64,000 nucleotides of DNA. Origin: Octopus vulgaris (Eukaryota). Of this stretch, positions 1 to 15,078 are shown piece by piece. The DNA lies in NCBI GenBank assembly GCA_951406725.2, contig OX597822.1:53568001-53632000 (forward strand), in the 5' to 3' direction. The notes under the pieces are model-generated. The model made no database searches. It saw only the letters and a list, made by a program, of their open reading frames with translations, and was not told the origin of the DNA. The translations under genes were made by a program, and so were the position numbers. Positions within the stretch are counted from its first letter, which is position 1, and the number at the start of each line of letters is the position of its first letter.

Positions 1-426
1 AAAGTGAACGTCCAACCTTTTTTGAATTTTCGCAACGATCAGCGTTTCGCTTAACCGTGATGTCTATCCTGGATTTTAAAAGATTCCCGAGCCAGGCAAG
101 AATCTGAAGTCCAAATACTTCCGACACCACAGTATTATTCGCACATTTTTTGATGCATCTATCACATACATTTGTGTGGGTGGGATGCCGTCCATCTAAC
201 TGGACGGCAGCATTCTCAACAGCATTAACCGCAGTAATTGTATATTCCCTCTCAATATCTTTTATTATTACAACAAAACAATATCTTCATGGTTAATGTT
301 ACAATGTAGTATATTATTCACCAAAAGCATAGACATTATATATATCCACTTTCTCCTAATGTATCTCACCCTAGAACGCATTCTAGGTAAATACATTATT
401 CAGTATTATTCAGTAAATTTTTCTCT

Positions 427-473
<47 letters not shown>

Positions 474-1741
474 TCACTGCAACACAACATCTTTTGTGAT
501 CTAACTTGATTTTATAATGTAGTAAAAATTCACCAAGAGCACAGAAGATATATATGTTCCCTTTCTCTAGTTAGTTCTAGTGTATCACACCTAAGAATGT
601 GTATTAACAAAATTTGTCGTTCAGTATTTCCTACTCATAGCCTCTTCCTATCTTGTACCTTCAGAGAGCAACCGACAGAAGCTAAAATAAACGTTAGCTG
701 CATTGATTCAGCTAGTTATCCTCAAGAGAATGTGAATAGGCAAGTGAATTGGGTACAAGACAATCGATAATTGAACGAAACTAAAGCAGTGTGTCCATAA
801 CTCGGCATATAACTATTAGCATCTGAGGCTACCTAATGCATGACAGATATTACTGTGTGGCATAATTAACCTTTAAAAGGAGCAGTATCTCTCTATAGCC
901 ACTTCTATAAGGAGCACTAACCATAAGGATTTGAAAATATTTTGCTGATCTGTAATAGAAGGTTTTTCTTTCAGCAGAAAAACAATTACCTACAATAGAC
1001 TAGGGTCTCCCTCATCCAGGGATGAAAAGCTATGGGCACGAGTTCTTTTCGATCGATTATTTAATAATTTGTTATGTAGACGCAAGACCTCAAATTTAGG
1101 GGAAGGGCACATTCGATTACAACGAACCCAATTGCTAACCGATCCAGCATTTTACCGGGTCCGAAAGGTTAAGAGGTAAAGTTGGTCTCGGTGAGAATTG
1201 TTATTCATAAGAAAAATGAATGTGGGCCAGAGTCAAAGTCTGACTCTAGGAACATTTGATAGAGTTAACAGATAGATTAGCTTTAACATAAATGAGATAT
1301 ATTGATGGCGAAAGCATTATAATGAATTGGCTAGTTGGTTGTTTGATGGAAAATATAAATATGTTTGCAGAAAATTATAGTTAGAGAGAGTCATGAAGAT
1401 AAACAGAGACATAGAACAACAACGGGGGGAGGTGAAATAAAGGAAAGAAACAGATAATTAGACATTAGAGCGACAGCCATACAGACATACATGCAGACTG
1501 TCAGGCAAAAAAAGGAAGAAGAGAGAGGCTTTGTTGTCGGAATATCTCTGGTTTTCCAGCTGAATGAATCTTCCATCAATTGAAGTAATGGTATTACAAC
1601 TGAGATTGCAACCGAATCAGAATGCTGTGATGATCAGTGTAAACATATTAACTGCTGATAAGATCATTCCCCTAGAGGGCTGTTTATGTGAGGAGATGGA
1701 GAACAGTTGAAATTTCTCGGGAAACGTTTCGTCGGGAAAGG

Positions 1742-1810
<69 letters not shown>

Positions 1811-2568
1811 TAATAATAACTAATAGTAATAGGAATTTCTGACTATAGTAATATTTCTCTGTGGAACATAAGTAAAAGCAAACATATTCTCAATAACAAG
1901 ATAACGTTATTTATGGTTATTTAGAGTAATCCTAAGTCGAAATATTGGCATTTAACGGCCTATGGAATGGTGTTACGATGAGATAAAACAAAATATTTGC
2001 CAATGATTTGAATGCTAAACAAGCCATAAGTTTCTTTGAAGAAGAATAGAACTTTTAATCGAACCAAGATATTGAAGAGAAAAAACGTCAACAAATCTTT
2101 AAAATGTTTTTTTTTAAAAAAGAGGGAACATGGGAAAGTTTAATAGCACATCTTGGTTAGTAAATAAATAGATGGAGTATAAAGAATCAGTATGAAAGAC
2201 TGAGAAAATATATAAATGGAATGACTGTGCCAGTGTGTCTGGAGGTTTGTAAATATCAAACATTTCGAAAAGTTTCCTTTAACATTTGTTTCTTAGAATT
2301 CTAGTGATTATCGTTATATTTACAAAGATTGAAGTTCAGAAAATAAACAGGAAATTCATAAAAAAAAAAAGATTAAATTTAGCATAGTGGAGTCCGTTTG
2401 AGTTTAATATCATCGTAGCAGGACAGAAACATTAAGGGGAATAAGCTGTCAATAACAAATATGTCGAACACAGATCAGCACTTGAGATGGTACAGATAAT
2501 TTAGCCCCACTCATCATGAAGTAAAGTCATATCCATTCGTATATGAGGTAAATTAAAGCATTTATTTG

Positions 2569-2604
<36 letters not shown>

Positions 2605-3539
2605 TGTGTGTGTGTGTCTGTGTTGTGTATGTTGTGTGTGTTCGTGCGCGTGTGTAACAGGTTTGTACTTTGCTCTGAACTCGGGACTTGCTGCCAGTTA
2701 AGGAAATTCTTTGTAAACAACAACCGCTCTTTTCTGTAAAAACCTCACTGCGCATTTGTCAATTCAGATTAATTATGGGGCTTGTAAAAAAATAATTAAA
2801 AGTGATCATTTTAAGAGCCTCGGTTAGAGGTCAAACAGGAGAAGAGATGACGGATACAATCATGCGTTAAGTTAAGCGATGTTCAGAATCAGTTGTTGCT
2901 CAACAACCAGATTTATCAAAATGAAGAGTCTGCAACACAAACGAGCGAAGCTGCTACTATTTTTTATTTTTTATTTTTTAAGACGATTGCATCGACAGTG
3001 CTCTAGTGGTGCTTCTTTATTGACTCCAAAAAGATGAAAGGCAAAGTCGAGCTTGGCGTAATTTGAATTCACAACGTAAAGTTAGACGAAATGCCGCTAA
3101 GCATTTTGCCCAGCATGCTAACGTTACTGCCGGCTCGCCGCTTTGAAACTGCTACTAATTTTTAAAATGCTTTTTGGCAGAGGACACTCGCAGTCATTCA
3201 TTCGCATATTTTGTTATTCTCTATATATTTCCGACATTACAGAATCTGTCCAACTAAGCTACCACATCAAATGAACTTTCGTTATTTACTTTGTTGTTTC
3301 ATATTGGGCCATCATTTCCTGTATAACCTTTTAACAATAAACATATACTGAATCGAAAACAACTTCTTTCTCTTCTATTCCTTAGGCATCACATCGTAAT
3401 ACGGTCACTTGTTCTTTTATGAAACCAAGGACAGTTGTAACTTGAACACTGCAGCATCTATTTAAATTTAATGTTTGGGGAAGATCTGGGGTTTTTTTCT
3501 TTCAGCATATGTATGATGAAGTACCCTTAATTTTCCTTT

Positions 3540-4130
3540 ACAATTCACCAATTGTTTCTCTGTTCTCCTGAAGTCTCAATGCGCGTCAAATAGGCTCCTG
3601 TGGATCTAGCTACCAATATACGGTGTCTAACATCCTCAGGAAGTATTATACACTCCCACCTTCATGTCTCAAAGGAACCATAAACTGCCCTCCCTCCGCC
3701 CTAATTTTCATAGACTTCCTTTTATGGAACCACATGATGTTTTTGCATAATTTAGTTAATTCGGCAACCAGTTTAGCAGTGTCAAAGGGGATCACAAATA
3801 GTATTGTATTACTTCTGCAATATGGTTTCCGAACAGAAACGCCTTCTACCATCCAGTCATTTGCACCATTCAAAAATGTGGCCATAGCTTGCATTTGCTT
3901 GTGCTCTTGTATGGGTTTCTGTGGGTTTTTTATTATATATTTGTGTTTCTTCTACCCACATTGCTCATGTTACCTCGCTGTTGTTATGCAATAGTGACGA
4001 TATCCCCTTACAAGGGATGACTTGCAGGTTGCCATAATATGTTCCGATACGTAGCCGCCATATCTAAGGAAATCTGTTATATGATTCCTTCTCACGACTT
4101 AGGTCTGGTATGAAATGAAATGGAACCGCA
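3540..4130 (-). mobile_element. Highly decayed RLE-type (Hero/NeSL-like) non-LTR remnant
   Basis: Minus-strand SEHIMATCKSSL..G.Y, LNGANDW, VAELT and HKRK occur in the order expected for the zinc knuckle to RLE region. Confidence 0.4.
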
Positions 4131-4504
4131 TTATACACTAACTGTAGAAAGAAGTAGCATTTGTTTGATGTTCAATCACGTTTGCTATGATCTCCCTACA
4201 TAGCGGTATTCGTCTTGAGATAGCATCTCTTATAGATATATAGTATCAAGAAACACAGAAACACATTTACAGCTCACTTAAATCGTTCAATAGTGTTGGT
4301 AGCATTGCTAAATATGTATTTCATCCTCTTAAGTATAACGCAGATATAGTTCAGCAGGTAAGTATGATATTTTAAGTATGATATAAAGCTTGATGTGTAT
4401 GTGTGAGTGTGTATGTGTGTGTGTATATATCTATATCAACCATTTATCTGCTTTAAATAGGATTTAAAGATTATATATAAATACATATATATATATACAT
4501 ACAC

Positions 4505-4559
<55 letters not shown>

Positions 4560-4672
4560 TAAATAAATATATATATATAGATATATATAAATACATATAT
4601 ATATACATACATACATATATATACATGCATATATATATATATACATACATATATATATATATACATACATAC

Positions 4673-4704
<32 letters not shown>

Positions 4705-5416
4705 TTTTGTGTGTGTGTATGTATGTATGTATGTATATATACTTGAAAACCAAGAGGAGAGTGGAGATTTATTCACATCCAAAACATTTTTAAAAAGTTT
4801 TCTACAGAATATATAACAGTGACCAACATACGTTTCTACTGAAGCAACTGCATCCTAGTCGCCGCTGCAATTTCATTATGGGTCCATCACTAACAACGTT
4901 TTGATCCAACAGAAGCTGTAAATTATAGGATTCAATATAAATGTAGAGTATTCTATAATTCCTTATATATTAAAAAGGCTCCAATTACTCGTTTATTTTT
5001 GAAAATTCACTGTCTGAATATTTCTTGAAATATGAAATGAAAGTTTGAAGAAAACGCTTATCCGTATGTTGTTTCGTTTAAAAACCTTTGTGAACGACAC
5101 GTGCGAAAACAGCGCCTTCAAGCCCATAATTTTGATTTCATTTCTGATTCTTGTGATAATATTATTGTAAAAACACCATTAATGCCATACAATCGAAGTC
5201 ATTAACATGTGTTGCTGCTTAAGCAATGTTCCAAATTGATACTTATAAATGATACTTTTAATTAATACATTTAATTAATGTTTTTAAAAAATAATGAGTG
5301 TGTATTCTGGCCTTCATTTTGCATGTGCCAATACAAACGTGTCAGCGCGCGTACGCGCATAGACACGCAGAATTATATATTCATGTACACATGAATAAAT
5401 ATATATACATATACAC

Positions 5417-5615
<199 letters not shown>

Positions 5616-6982
5616 CTCACTATAGACACGCACAAACATATTAAAACGCATATCAATAAAACCTATTAATTTAACATTTCAAGAACCGTTGTTTTTTTTT
5701 TCCTGAACCAGAACGAAATTCAAAGGCCTTTGTATTTGCATAAATGATACCTAGCTGCATGCATACAAAGCGTTAACAGCTAGTTTATTTTGCCTCGAGT
5801 CAAAATTTTTAGATTTTCGTTCAAACAAAGGTCTCACCGCATCTTTGATTTGAAGCTCCTGTTCCTATATGGTTGCACACTATCGACAATAGACTAGGTG
5901 TTTTTTAATTCATTTTATTGTCTATCGACAATAGACTAGGTGTTTTTTAATTCATGTATTACGCAAAAACCATATAAACTTCGACAAAGCCCTAACACAT
6001 TTTCTGTCGGAGCTGACAAATGAATGTTTAGGCTTGTAATAACGGCTTTTAAATGCAGGTTCCGTTGCCCCAGTACATGCTTTAAATTGATCACTGTCGT
6101 TTAATTCAACCTTTGCACTGTATACTATCAACCTCGTCAGGAAGTTACCGTCTAGTGAACAGTTCTTACGAATTCTACAGCTGCATGACTTTTGTTGGCT
6201 AGATATTTGTATCTATCTTCTATTTTATTCTTCGCAGCATTATTTCTTCTTATATAACACTCGAAATTTTTGCACACTAATTAGCTAACCTTAGCACAGT
6301 TCATATTCAATATTTTTCTATACTTATTTCATGTCTTTACGTTCTGAGTTCAAATTCCGCCAAGGTCGACTTTGCCTTTCATCCTTTCGAGATCGATAAA
6401 TTAAGTACCAGTTGCGTACTGAGGCGAATCTGATGGACTGGCTCCCTCCCCCAAAATTTCGGGTCTTGTGCCTAGAGTACAAAAGAATATTTTTACATAC
6501 TTATGCTCTGGCGGAAACTGGTGATCTATTTAATTAAGAAATTCTCTATCTATATCAGTTTTTACTGCAAGGATAAATACTGGGTTGTACAATAAAATAT
6601 TCCTTATGTTATCTTATAAAATATTCCTTATCTTATTCCTAGTCTTACGCTGTGTATTCCCAGTGTTTTTATGTAACCGATCTTATGAGAAAGCTCAGTA
6701 TTTCCAAGCGTTTAGTTATAAAACCCAGCTATACCCATAAGTGTATCTTTATCGGAAGGTAACGAGGACACCCATTTACTAATTTTGTCAGCCAAGTTCC
6801 TCAATATAAAAGATGAGTGATTCGAGTGCCTATGTATATTTCAGGTCTCATTTCAGGAACTTTTATTGTCAGTAAATTTAGAATATATAACTCTATAAAT
6901 TTCGCTCAACTGTTAGCGCCTTGTGTGCATGCAGATAAGTATCTTTTTTTGTCTGATCGTAGATTGCCTTTGCTTGTGGTCT

Positions 6983-7045
<63 letters not shown>

Positions 7046-7058
7046 TGTGTGTGCGTGC

Positions 7059-7095
<37 letters not shown>

Positions 7096-8180
7096 GATTG
7101 TAGATTTTTGGTAATAACTCCAAATAGAGAAATTGTTCAGTCGACCATAAGCACATGACTCATTCTACTACTTACTCCGTTGGGAAATAGATAAACAGCA
7201 CCTAGTCCCATCTCTTGGCTTCAATAGAATTGGTCATTCTTTGAGCAATCGTGAGTGGTCTAGTCAAATAATTAACGCTGGTTCTCGCAGAATCAGCCCG
7301 TTGTCAGGCTTAGGAAATATACAGCGGTATATAAATTTATATTGATTGTGTGGAAAAGACTTTACAATCTTTATTTAGAGCTTGACTCTCTTAGAGACTT
7401 TTCATTTCCTTTCTGTATACTTGAACGATCTCTCGGAAAACTGTTATTCAATGAATGAACAAGTACTTATCAATCATTCCCAAACTTCCCATTTATAAAC
7501 AAATATATATATATACGTATGTATGTATGTATGTATGTATGCATTTATGTATGTATGTATGTGTGTATGTATGTATGAATATATGTATGAGAGTATGAAT
7601 GTATGTATGCATGTATCAATGTATGTATGTATGAATATATGTATGAGTGTATGTATGCATGTATGTATGTATATATGTATGTATGTATGAATGTAAATGT
7701 GTATGTATGTATGCATTTATATATGTATGTATATATGTATGTATGAATGTATGTGTGTATCTATGTATATGCATGAATCTATAGGTGTGCGTGTGTGTAC
7801 CTCTGTGTGTAAAATCATCAACCAGTATATCAACAAAAACACGTTTCTCGTCAACGTCTGATACTCTTCCAGGTTTTATCCGTTTTAGATCTTTCTAAAA
7901 AGAATTTCTTTTCAACCCTGAAAAGATGAAAAAGCAAAGTTAACCTGGACGGGATTTGAAGGCAGAACGTAAAGAACCGGAAGAAATAACACATTGTATT
8001 TTGTCCCACACTCAAGCTATTCTGCTACGTCTCTGCAATTTATTATTGATTCGAAGTCCAGCAGTAGTCGATACCATTGGCTCTAGTACTTGACTGATAT
8101 TTTATATCTACTACAGAGAGTTGAAAAGAAAAGCTGTCCACGATGAGATTTCAGCTCAGAATATATATATATATATATAT

Positions 8181-8674
8181 AATGTGAGGTATACTTGCCA
8201 TCTCAATATGGCTAACTACTAAGGGTGGGTGTTACTGTAGCTTGTAGCCCCAGGAGAACATCGTATCCAGCTGGCTTTAGGCACACTTTCTGTGTCCTTA
8301 TGGTATTTGCAAAGGGAGGTCACCTTTCCCTCGTCAACCCAAGTGATACGCACGGACTGCAGTTTCTAGGTTTTTACCTGTCATCAGCGTACGACAATCA
8401 CCGGTTTTCGATGAAAGGATTTTTCAATGCAAATACTTATATCGTTTTTCCAGTAACTTTTCGTCACTGATCTCGAAAAACTGTATGTTCTCCTGGGGCT
8501 ACAAGATACAGTAACACCCACCCTAAGTGATTAGCCATATTGAGATGGCAAGTATACCTCACATTGTCGTCGTGCAGTTACTGTTTATACCTCGTTTAGA
8601 GATTTATTATTGCTTGCATACAGTTTTTCGAGATCAATGACGAAAAGTTACTGGAAAAACGATTATAAGTATTT
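8181..8674. mobile_element. Short non-coding Penelope-type repeat with a nested inversion
   Basis: 8181-8261 is the reverse complement of about 8485-8565, and 8620-8674 is the reverse complement of about 8431-8484. It follows a (TA)n tract and contains a hammerhead. Confidence 0.75.
8343..8401 (-). ncRNA. Type I hammerhead ribozyme motif
   Basis: Minus strand cgtacg-CTGATGA-c-aggt-aaaa-acct-a-GAAA-ctgcag-TC-cgtgcg. Stem I has 6 bp plus a distal gtgat/atcac helix. Stem III loop TGCA is palindromic. Confidence 0.8.
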
Positions 8675-11010
8675 TTATTACCATTATCACTACAATTAAC
8701 ACTATTATTACCACCCAGATAATCATTATAATCACAAATATCATCACCAACATCATTTTTACTATTATTTCTACTATTTGCATTATTTGTCATTCCAAGA
8801 CGCCCTTCATAATCGATTTCAGAAGATGTACTATTAATATTACTACTATCTTCTATGTCGTTAATGAATTTTCCATTAAAGTTTCTGTCATTATAGTGCC
8901 TTATTTTACTTCTGTTCAACGAAGCAATAATAGATCCGACATTGGGAGTGGCTGAGTAGGCCAACTTGATTGTTGACATGTTACATATTGAATAGTATTT
9001 ATTGTGTTTTGGGAAATTTTCTTTCAATAACTTAAAAAATAGCTTTCACCCTTAATGAAAAGGGAGGGGTAAACCAGGTAACTTGACGAATCCTAGACTT
9101 AGTAGTAATGATGGGATTACAATATGTTGCTTGACTTGATGTACTAAATGCAAGGCTATTCCTGTATCTAATAGTAATATGTATATTTTTATTTTTATTA
9201 CTATTAGTATCATTCTTATTCTTATTTTCACCTTCATTAGACCTAAGCCAAACTTTAAACCTCAATTCAGGTTTATGATTCCTATTATTTGCAACCCCTT
9301 CCCTCCCGTTGCTGTTATCATCCATGGTATTTTCATCATTACAATTCTCATTATTAACCTTATTAACGTGGTTACCATTTACAAAACCTACCACATCACA
9401 TTTATTTCTCTTATTTATTTCTCTCATTTTATCAGCATAAATATTGGTCATTATCAGCTTGTTGCGAGCTCCTTGGGGATCATGAGGGGAGCCTCTGCTA
9501 TCAGAAATCCGTTTCACATCGTCGCTGACCATGCTGGCCAATTTAATTTTTTATTTTGTATTGTGTATGTATTCAATGTTATTTGTAAACCCACTCAATT
9601 TTAAGGCATTGTTGTATATTGGGGCATGTTGATTAAAGATGTTTTCATTCGCCGATAGGTTTGAGATTCTGGTAGAAATTGCAGTTACAATGCTATTAAT
9701 GGTTGATTTGGGATGATTTGAGGAAACATTGATATATTGGAAAGTTTGGTTTGGTTTTCGGAAAGGGTAGTGTAAGCTAGTGTTCAGATCGAGAGTGACA
9801 TCCAAGAAATTTGCCACTTTAGGATTATTCTCAAAAACGATGCTCAAATTATAAAAGTCCTTGAGAAATTCTCTAAGATCCTTCTTCATTCTTTCAATCT
9901 GTGGATTTGAATGATTAGAGACGATGAACTATAAATCCCTCCGGATAGAGGTGGGAAAAACCGCTTAATCTTGTCTAACAGAAATAGACCAACAATATCC
10001 GTTACTTGAGCCGAGTCCGAAGATCCCATAGTGATGTCGAATAAATTAAAAGAATCCGATTTAGACTAGTTGTGCTTTCCATAATTTATCAGAGTCATTC
10101 ATGCTGCTTAAATAATATCAATATCTAGATTCGATATTTCAACAAAGTTCCGGGCGAAAATGATTGCTTTATTCAGTAAGATGGGAGAGATCGAGTAGTA
10201 GTAATTCGAAATATCAAATTGTACAAATGAAGATGAGTCATCACATTTAATTGTGTGAAACCAATATAAAATATCATTGGTAGATTCCCATGAGGGCAAC
10301 ATCGTCCTTTCTCTTATCACCGGAACGATTCTATCCAATATGGATTTGCTGATTCTACCCAAGTCAGATTTAGTAGGGCAAATTAGTCGTATTGATGGTT
10401 TGGCAAGAAAATCTTTTTTATGGTCCTTTAGGGTGCAGTGCGGGGTCTTAGGATCATAAGGTTGCGTGCGGTCAAGGATTCCTAATTCAGAAATTAAGTC
10501 GAAGTGTCTATTGTTGATGTCGGTAAGAGCTGATTTCTTGGCGATTTTGTATTTAGCGTGCAGCTCTTTGGATATCAATTTATCATAAGTTTCATAAGGC
10601 ACTGAATAAATATTCCCTGTTTTATCAGAAAGAATGTGTAGATTGGGATCCTCCTTCAGTTTAGCAATTGTACGTTGTAATTGGTTTTGGAAAGCATTCG
10701 AATATCTGGAGTATTTAAGGTTATTAATCATATATATTAGGTCATTTTCAAATTTCGCTAAGTCGGGATTTGGTGGTGCGTTTTTATAGGACTTTAAATT
10801 ATAGGATTTCGAATCCTCAGTTTGGTTGGTAATGCTGGTCCTCATGGATTCGTCCTTCATCTTCAAGTTTCTGGACTTATCAAAATAGAAGGCACGCCAC
10901 CTAAGTCTAGATATAAACTCGCTGGTCTTATGCAGGAGAGTTTCCATGTATAAGTTCTTCGATGGAATAGGAATATTCCTGGTAGTAATGCCCAAGTATT
11001 GCTTCTCCAT
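8675..11010 (-). pseudogene. Penelope-like (Naiad-type) reverse transcriptase, disrupted
   Basis: Motifs RNIPIPS, RLRWRAF, SDKTGNIY, LKDHK, IRLICP, FDISNYYYSI, FDITMGSSDSAQVTDIVGLFLL, NFLDVTLDL, YINVSSNHP, WFTPPFS and IKLAYSATPN. In-frame stops near 10110-10060. The YRDD motif is deleted after GGIY (about 9930). Frameshifts and Asn-rich inserts are present, and the GIY-YIG end is missing. Confidence 0.88.
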
Positions 11011-11751
11011 TATATCCAGTCTGTATTGTAGTGCTCCAAAGAGTCGAATTAATTACAAAATATAAATTTATATCTTGAGTGACAACAACGCTCAAGATAT
11101 ACAACGGACTGGAAATAGAAGTGCTCTAATGAGCTGTATACATTTTTTTATCCGAGGGGAGGCAATGCGAGCAACAACCACAGGAACATCAGAAAATCCA
11201 AAGAATGACCAAACACATACAAATCACCATATTGAAAAATTACAACAACGCAGTGTTAAATAAATTCACTGATGCAATACCAGCGTGTACGCATAGGATC
11301 CACTCGACGATCCATAAGAAATTTAGAAATAGAAATAGCAATAAAAGTTAGAGCTCAGCAATAACAATTGAATTAAATTTAGTAAGCATAGTAAGTAGTA
11401 AATGAAAGAAAACTAAAGTAATGTAATTATTAAAAGAAAAAATTATTAAAAGAAAAAATAGCTATTAGTATAAAATGTGTCAAGGACTTGAACCCGAATA
11501 TGTGGCTTTGCATGTATGTGGGAATTTAAAAGATTGAAATAAAATAAAATAAAATAAGTGCAGAAGTTAAATGGTCCAGATGACGCTGCATGCATACCAT
11601 TTACAATGGCTGCTGGGTCGAATTATATGCGTATAATGTAGCATTCAGGATCGGATAATAATTTCTGGGAGTACCTAATGACACGGTTCTGAATATGGCC
11701 GGTATGTGATTGTATATTTGTTTACGTTTACTATGTGTTGTATGTATAGGA

Positions 11752-11836
11752 CATCCTGATGAGGGGAGTGCCAATTTTAAGTATATGATATGTATAATAA
11801 TATTAATTGGCGCGTCTCCGAAACGGCCCGTAGATG
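11752..11836 (+). ncRNA. Type I hammerhead ribozyme motif in the Penelope pseudo-LTR
   Basis: catc-CTGATGA-ggggagtgccaatt...aattggcgcgtctcc-GAAA-cggcccg-TA-gatg: stem I catc/gatg, long stem II, short stem III, GUA cleavage triplet. Confidence 0.8.
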
Positions 11837-12304
11837 GACTTCTGTGTATCTTTGTAAACTTGTATAATTATTATCTTCTATGTACATTTCTCTAGAATTT
11901 TAATTCGTCTTTTAATATGCCTTGTATGCTCTATTTTTATTTATTATTATTATATTTATTTCTCTTATTATAACAAATTTATACTAAATGTTTTAAGCGT
12001 AAATTCAAGGTGTTATATGCAAAATTTATATTTTTATATGATATATTTATATATTACTAAATTTTTTTATTTTTAATTGTCGGGCTTTATAGATATAAAT
12101 GAGTATATGAAGATTTGTATGTGTTTGGTCATTCTGTGGATTTTCTGATGCTCCTGTGGTTGTTGCTTGCATTGCCACCCCTTTGATTAAAAAGTGTACA
12201 CAGCTCATGAGAGCACTTCTATTTCCAGTCCGTTGTATATCTTGAACGTTGTTGTCACTCAAGATATAAATTTATATATGTATATATACATATATATGTA
12301 TATA

Positions 12305-12358
<54 letters not shown>

Positions 12359-12724
12359 CGTACGCGTTTATATATATACGTGTGTGGGTGTTTGTGTATA
12401 TGAGTGTGTGTGTGTTTATGTGTGTGTGTGTGAGATAGTGGTTATTTTGTCGATATTTATATTTGTTGGAACGTAAATGAAATCATGTAGTGTATGCAGA
12501 TGTGTATCTTTATCAGACGAATGCTTGTTTACTTTGTATATATCTATGCATGTATGCATGTATTCATACATGTATAAATGCATATATGTGTGCATGCCGT
12601 TTGCATGAAGGTAGCGATGTGTATATGCTCCTTCTACAAGATTCAAACGGAGAATCTTTGGTATATGTCATTAATATCCTGTATACCATTAATGGATTGA
12701 ATTTGGATGACACAAGCTTGTTTA

Positions 12725-12790
<66 letters not shown>

Positions 12791-13477
12791 TGAGCTTGTG
12801 TGTTCCTCGTGGAAAATCCCAGCATATCTAGTCTTCTATGCAATCCAAAACACCTCTTTCATGTATTATTCTCATTTACATGTATTTAAGATGTAGAGGA
12901 GAATCTATCGCCAGAATATTACGGTTGTTAGTTTTGCATTTGTTCGCAATAAATGTTCTCTTTCCCCAGCCACTTTAAACAAAACATCACATCTGCAAAG
13001 CAGTTGATCACAATAGCCTTTGCTTTTTGTTCTGTGTCTCATAGAACAATATCACACCTATTGTGTGCACCAGACTGCTGTTTTTTGCGGGGTGAGGGGT
13101 TCTAAGCATGGCCTACCAGTATTCCTTCAATGAATGTGTAGATATAATTTAATTCTGATGTACCTTTTTGTATAACCGTTAGGACAATCTTTCCTACAGA
13201 TAATATCTACACTTTCAGTGACCATCTGGAAGTAATTTTGTTGTGGACATTTTCGGACAACTGCTGGTGATGTGGGTGATATCTATGCAACACAGGTGGT
13301 TTAGAGACATCCTTATTTCTTCTTTACACTAAGTGTAGTAAATAGCTCCTGTTTCTAGACAGAGGATGCAGATTTTTCTAGGAAAAAATGTAAGAGGGAT
13401 GTAGTTCTGTAAACCCCGGTCAACCATTTTTGAGCAAAACTATAATCAAAAGCTTTCCATCTGTGACCCTTCATCCG

Positions 13478-13826
13478 TCATTTCGGTGCTTCTACAACGG
13501 CGCTTAAGGTGGTTCGGTCATGCGGCCCGGAGTCCAGAGGGTGAGCTGATTCGCGATGTCCTCCTTCCACCTCCACTTCCCAGCTGGCGCGCAAACACAC
13601 GAGCAGTAGCTGAAGACCTGGGCAACGACGATAAAGGAGGACCTCTCCGAACTCTCAGGTCAGCAGATGGTCGGTCTGCGCAGATGGAACCGCGAATGGC
13701 TCGCTATCTCCATGACCTCGCACGGGACTGTCGAGCGTGGGCCGCCATGGCTCGTAATGCTGTTAGGATCAGAGAAGAAGCCGGCTCAACCTGACCTGGG
13801 TGAACGCCGTCACAAGCAAGTAAGTA
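13478..13826 (+). mobile_element. RTE-clade LINE 3' fragment
   Basis: QRRLRWFGHAAR motif and D-LA-D-R-W-like C-terminus. GC-rich island ending in the short repeat tail caagcaagtaagtaa. Confidence 0.75.
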
Positions 13827-14159
13827 ATTCATCCGTCATTCTGGTATTGAATATTTAGAACGACATAGTCCAATGTTTCCCTCCTTCTTCAAGACAGAAG
13901 AATATTATTTGATGAGTTATATCGACTATTTCTATCAAGTCAAACGACCACGTACAGATATCCTATTTGACCCCTGGGATGTAAAGTAGTTAGCCCTGGT
14001 GCAGAAGAAGCTACTCATCCTGGTATTGTTGATATATCTATATTCTAACTTTCGGAGTATGCTCTTTTGACCATCAGCTTCACAAAATCCAGACCAAGGT
14101 TTACTACTCATGTTGAGCAAAACATAACAGTCAACGGTACACGCCTCAGTACTCAAACA

Positions 14160-14838
<679 letters not shown>

Positions 14839-15044
14839 GACAGGCTTCTTCATATCGTGGAAGTATTTTCAGCACAGATGGATCACTTGATGCAGAAATC
14901 AATCAGTGAATTGAACATAACCCTTTCCACATTTGGAAAACAAAAACAAACAAAAATAATGATATGGAAAGAACGAAGCCTGCATCTGGTAATTAGAATA
15001 AGTATGTACAGATCATGCGTATGTAAGTATGTACAGATCATGCG

Positions 15045-15078
<34 letters not shown>

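Larger units (their letters stand above)
8675..12277 (-). mobile_element. Penelope-like retroelement (Naiad-type), decayed, with an inverted pseudo-LTR at its 5' end
   Basis: Minus-strand RT ORF pieces span 8675-11010. The 5' leader (about 11060-11225) is repeated in inverted orientation at about 12110-12277. The plus-strand block 11225-12277 starts with an ORF C-terminus (TILKNYNNAVLNKFTDAIPACTHR) and contains a hammerhead motif. Confidence 0.88.

Noticed and set aside
5881-5955. 42-bp local tandem duplication
   Set aside because: An ordinary slippage duplication with no further structure.
6040-6150. Minus-strand CTGACGA-ggttg…caac-GGAA hammerhead-like string
   Set aside because: GAAA is altered and stems I and III do not pair convincingly.
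11678-11710. SECIS-like ATGA…AA…GA in the Naiad pseudo-LTR
   Set aside because: The ATGA-to-AA spacing is 10 nt and helix II pairs poorly. The in-frame TGA near 10100 is better explained as decay of CGA, alongside TAA and TAG stops. A SECISearch on the family consensus would be needed.
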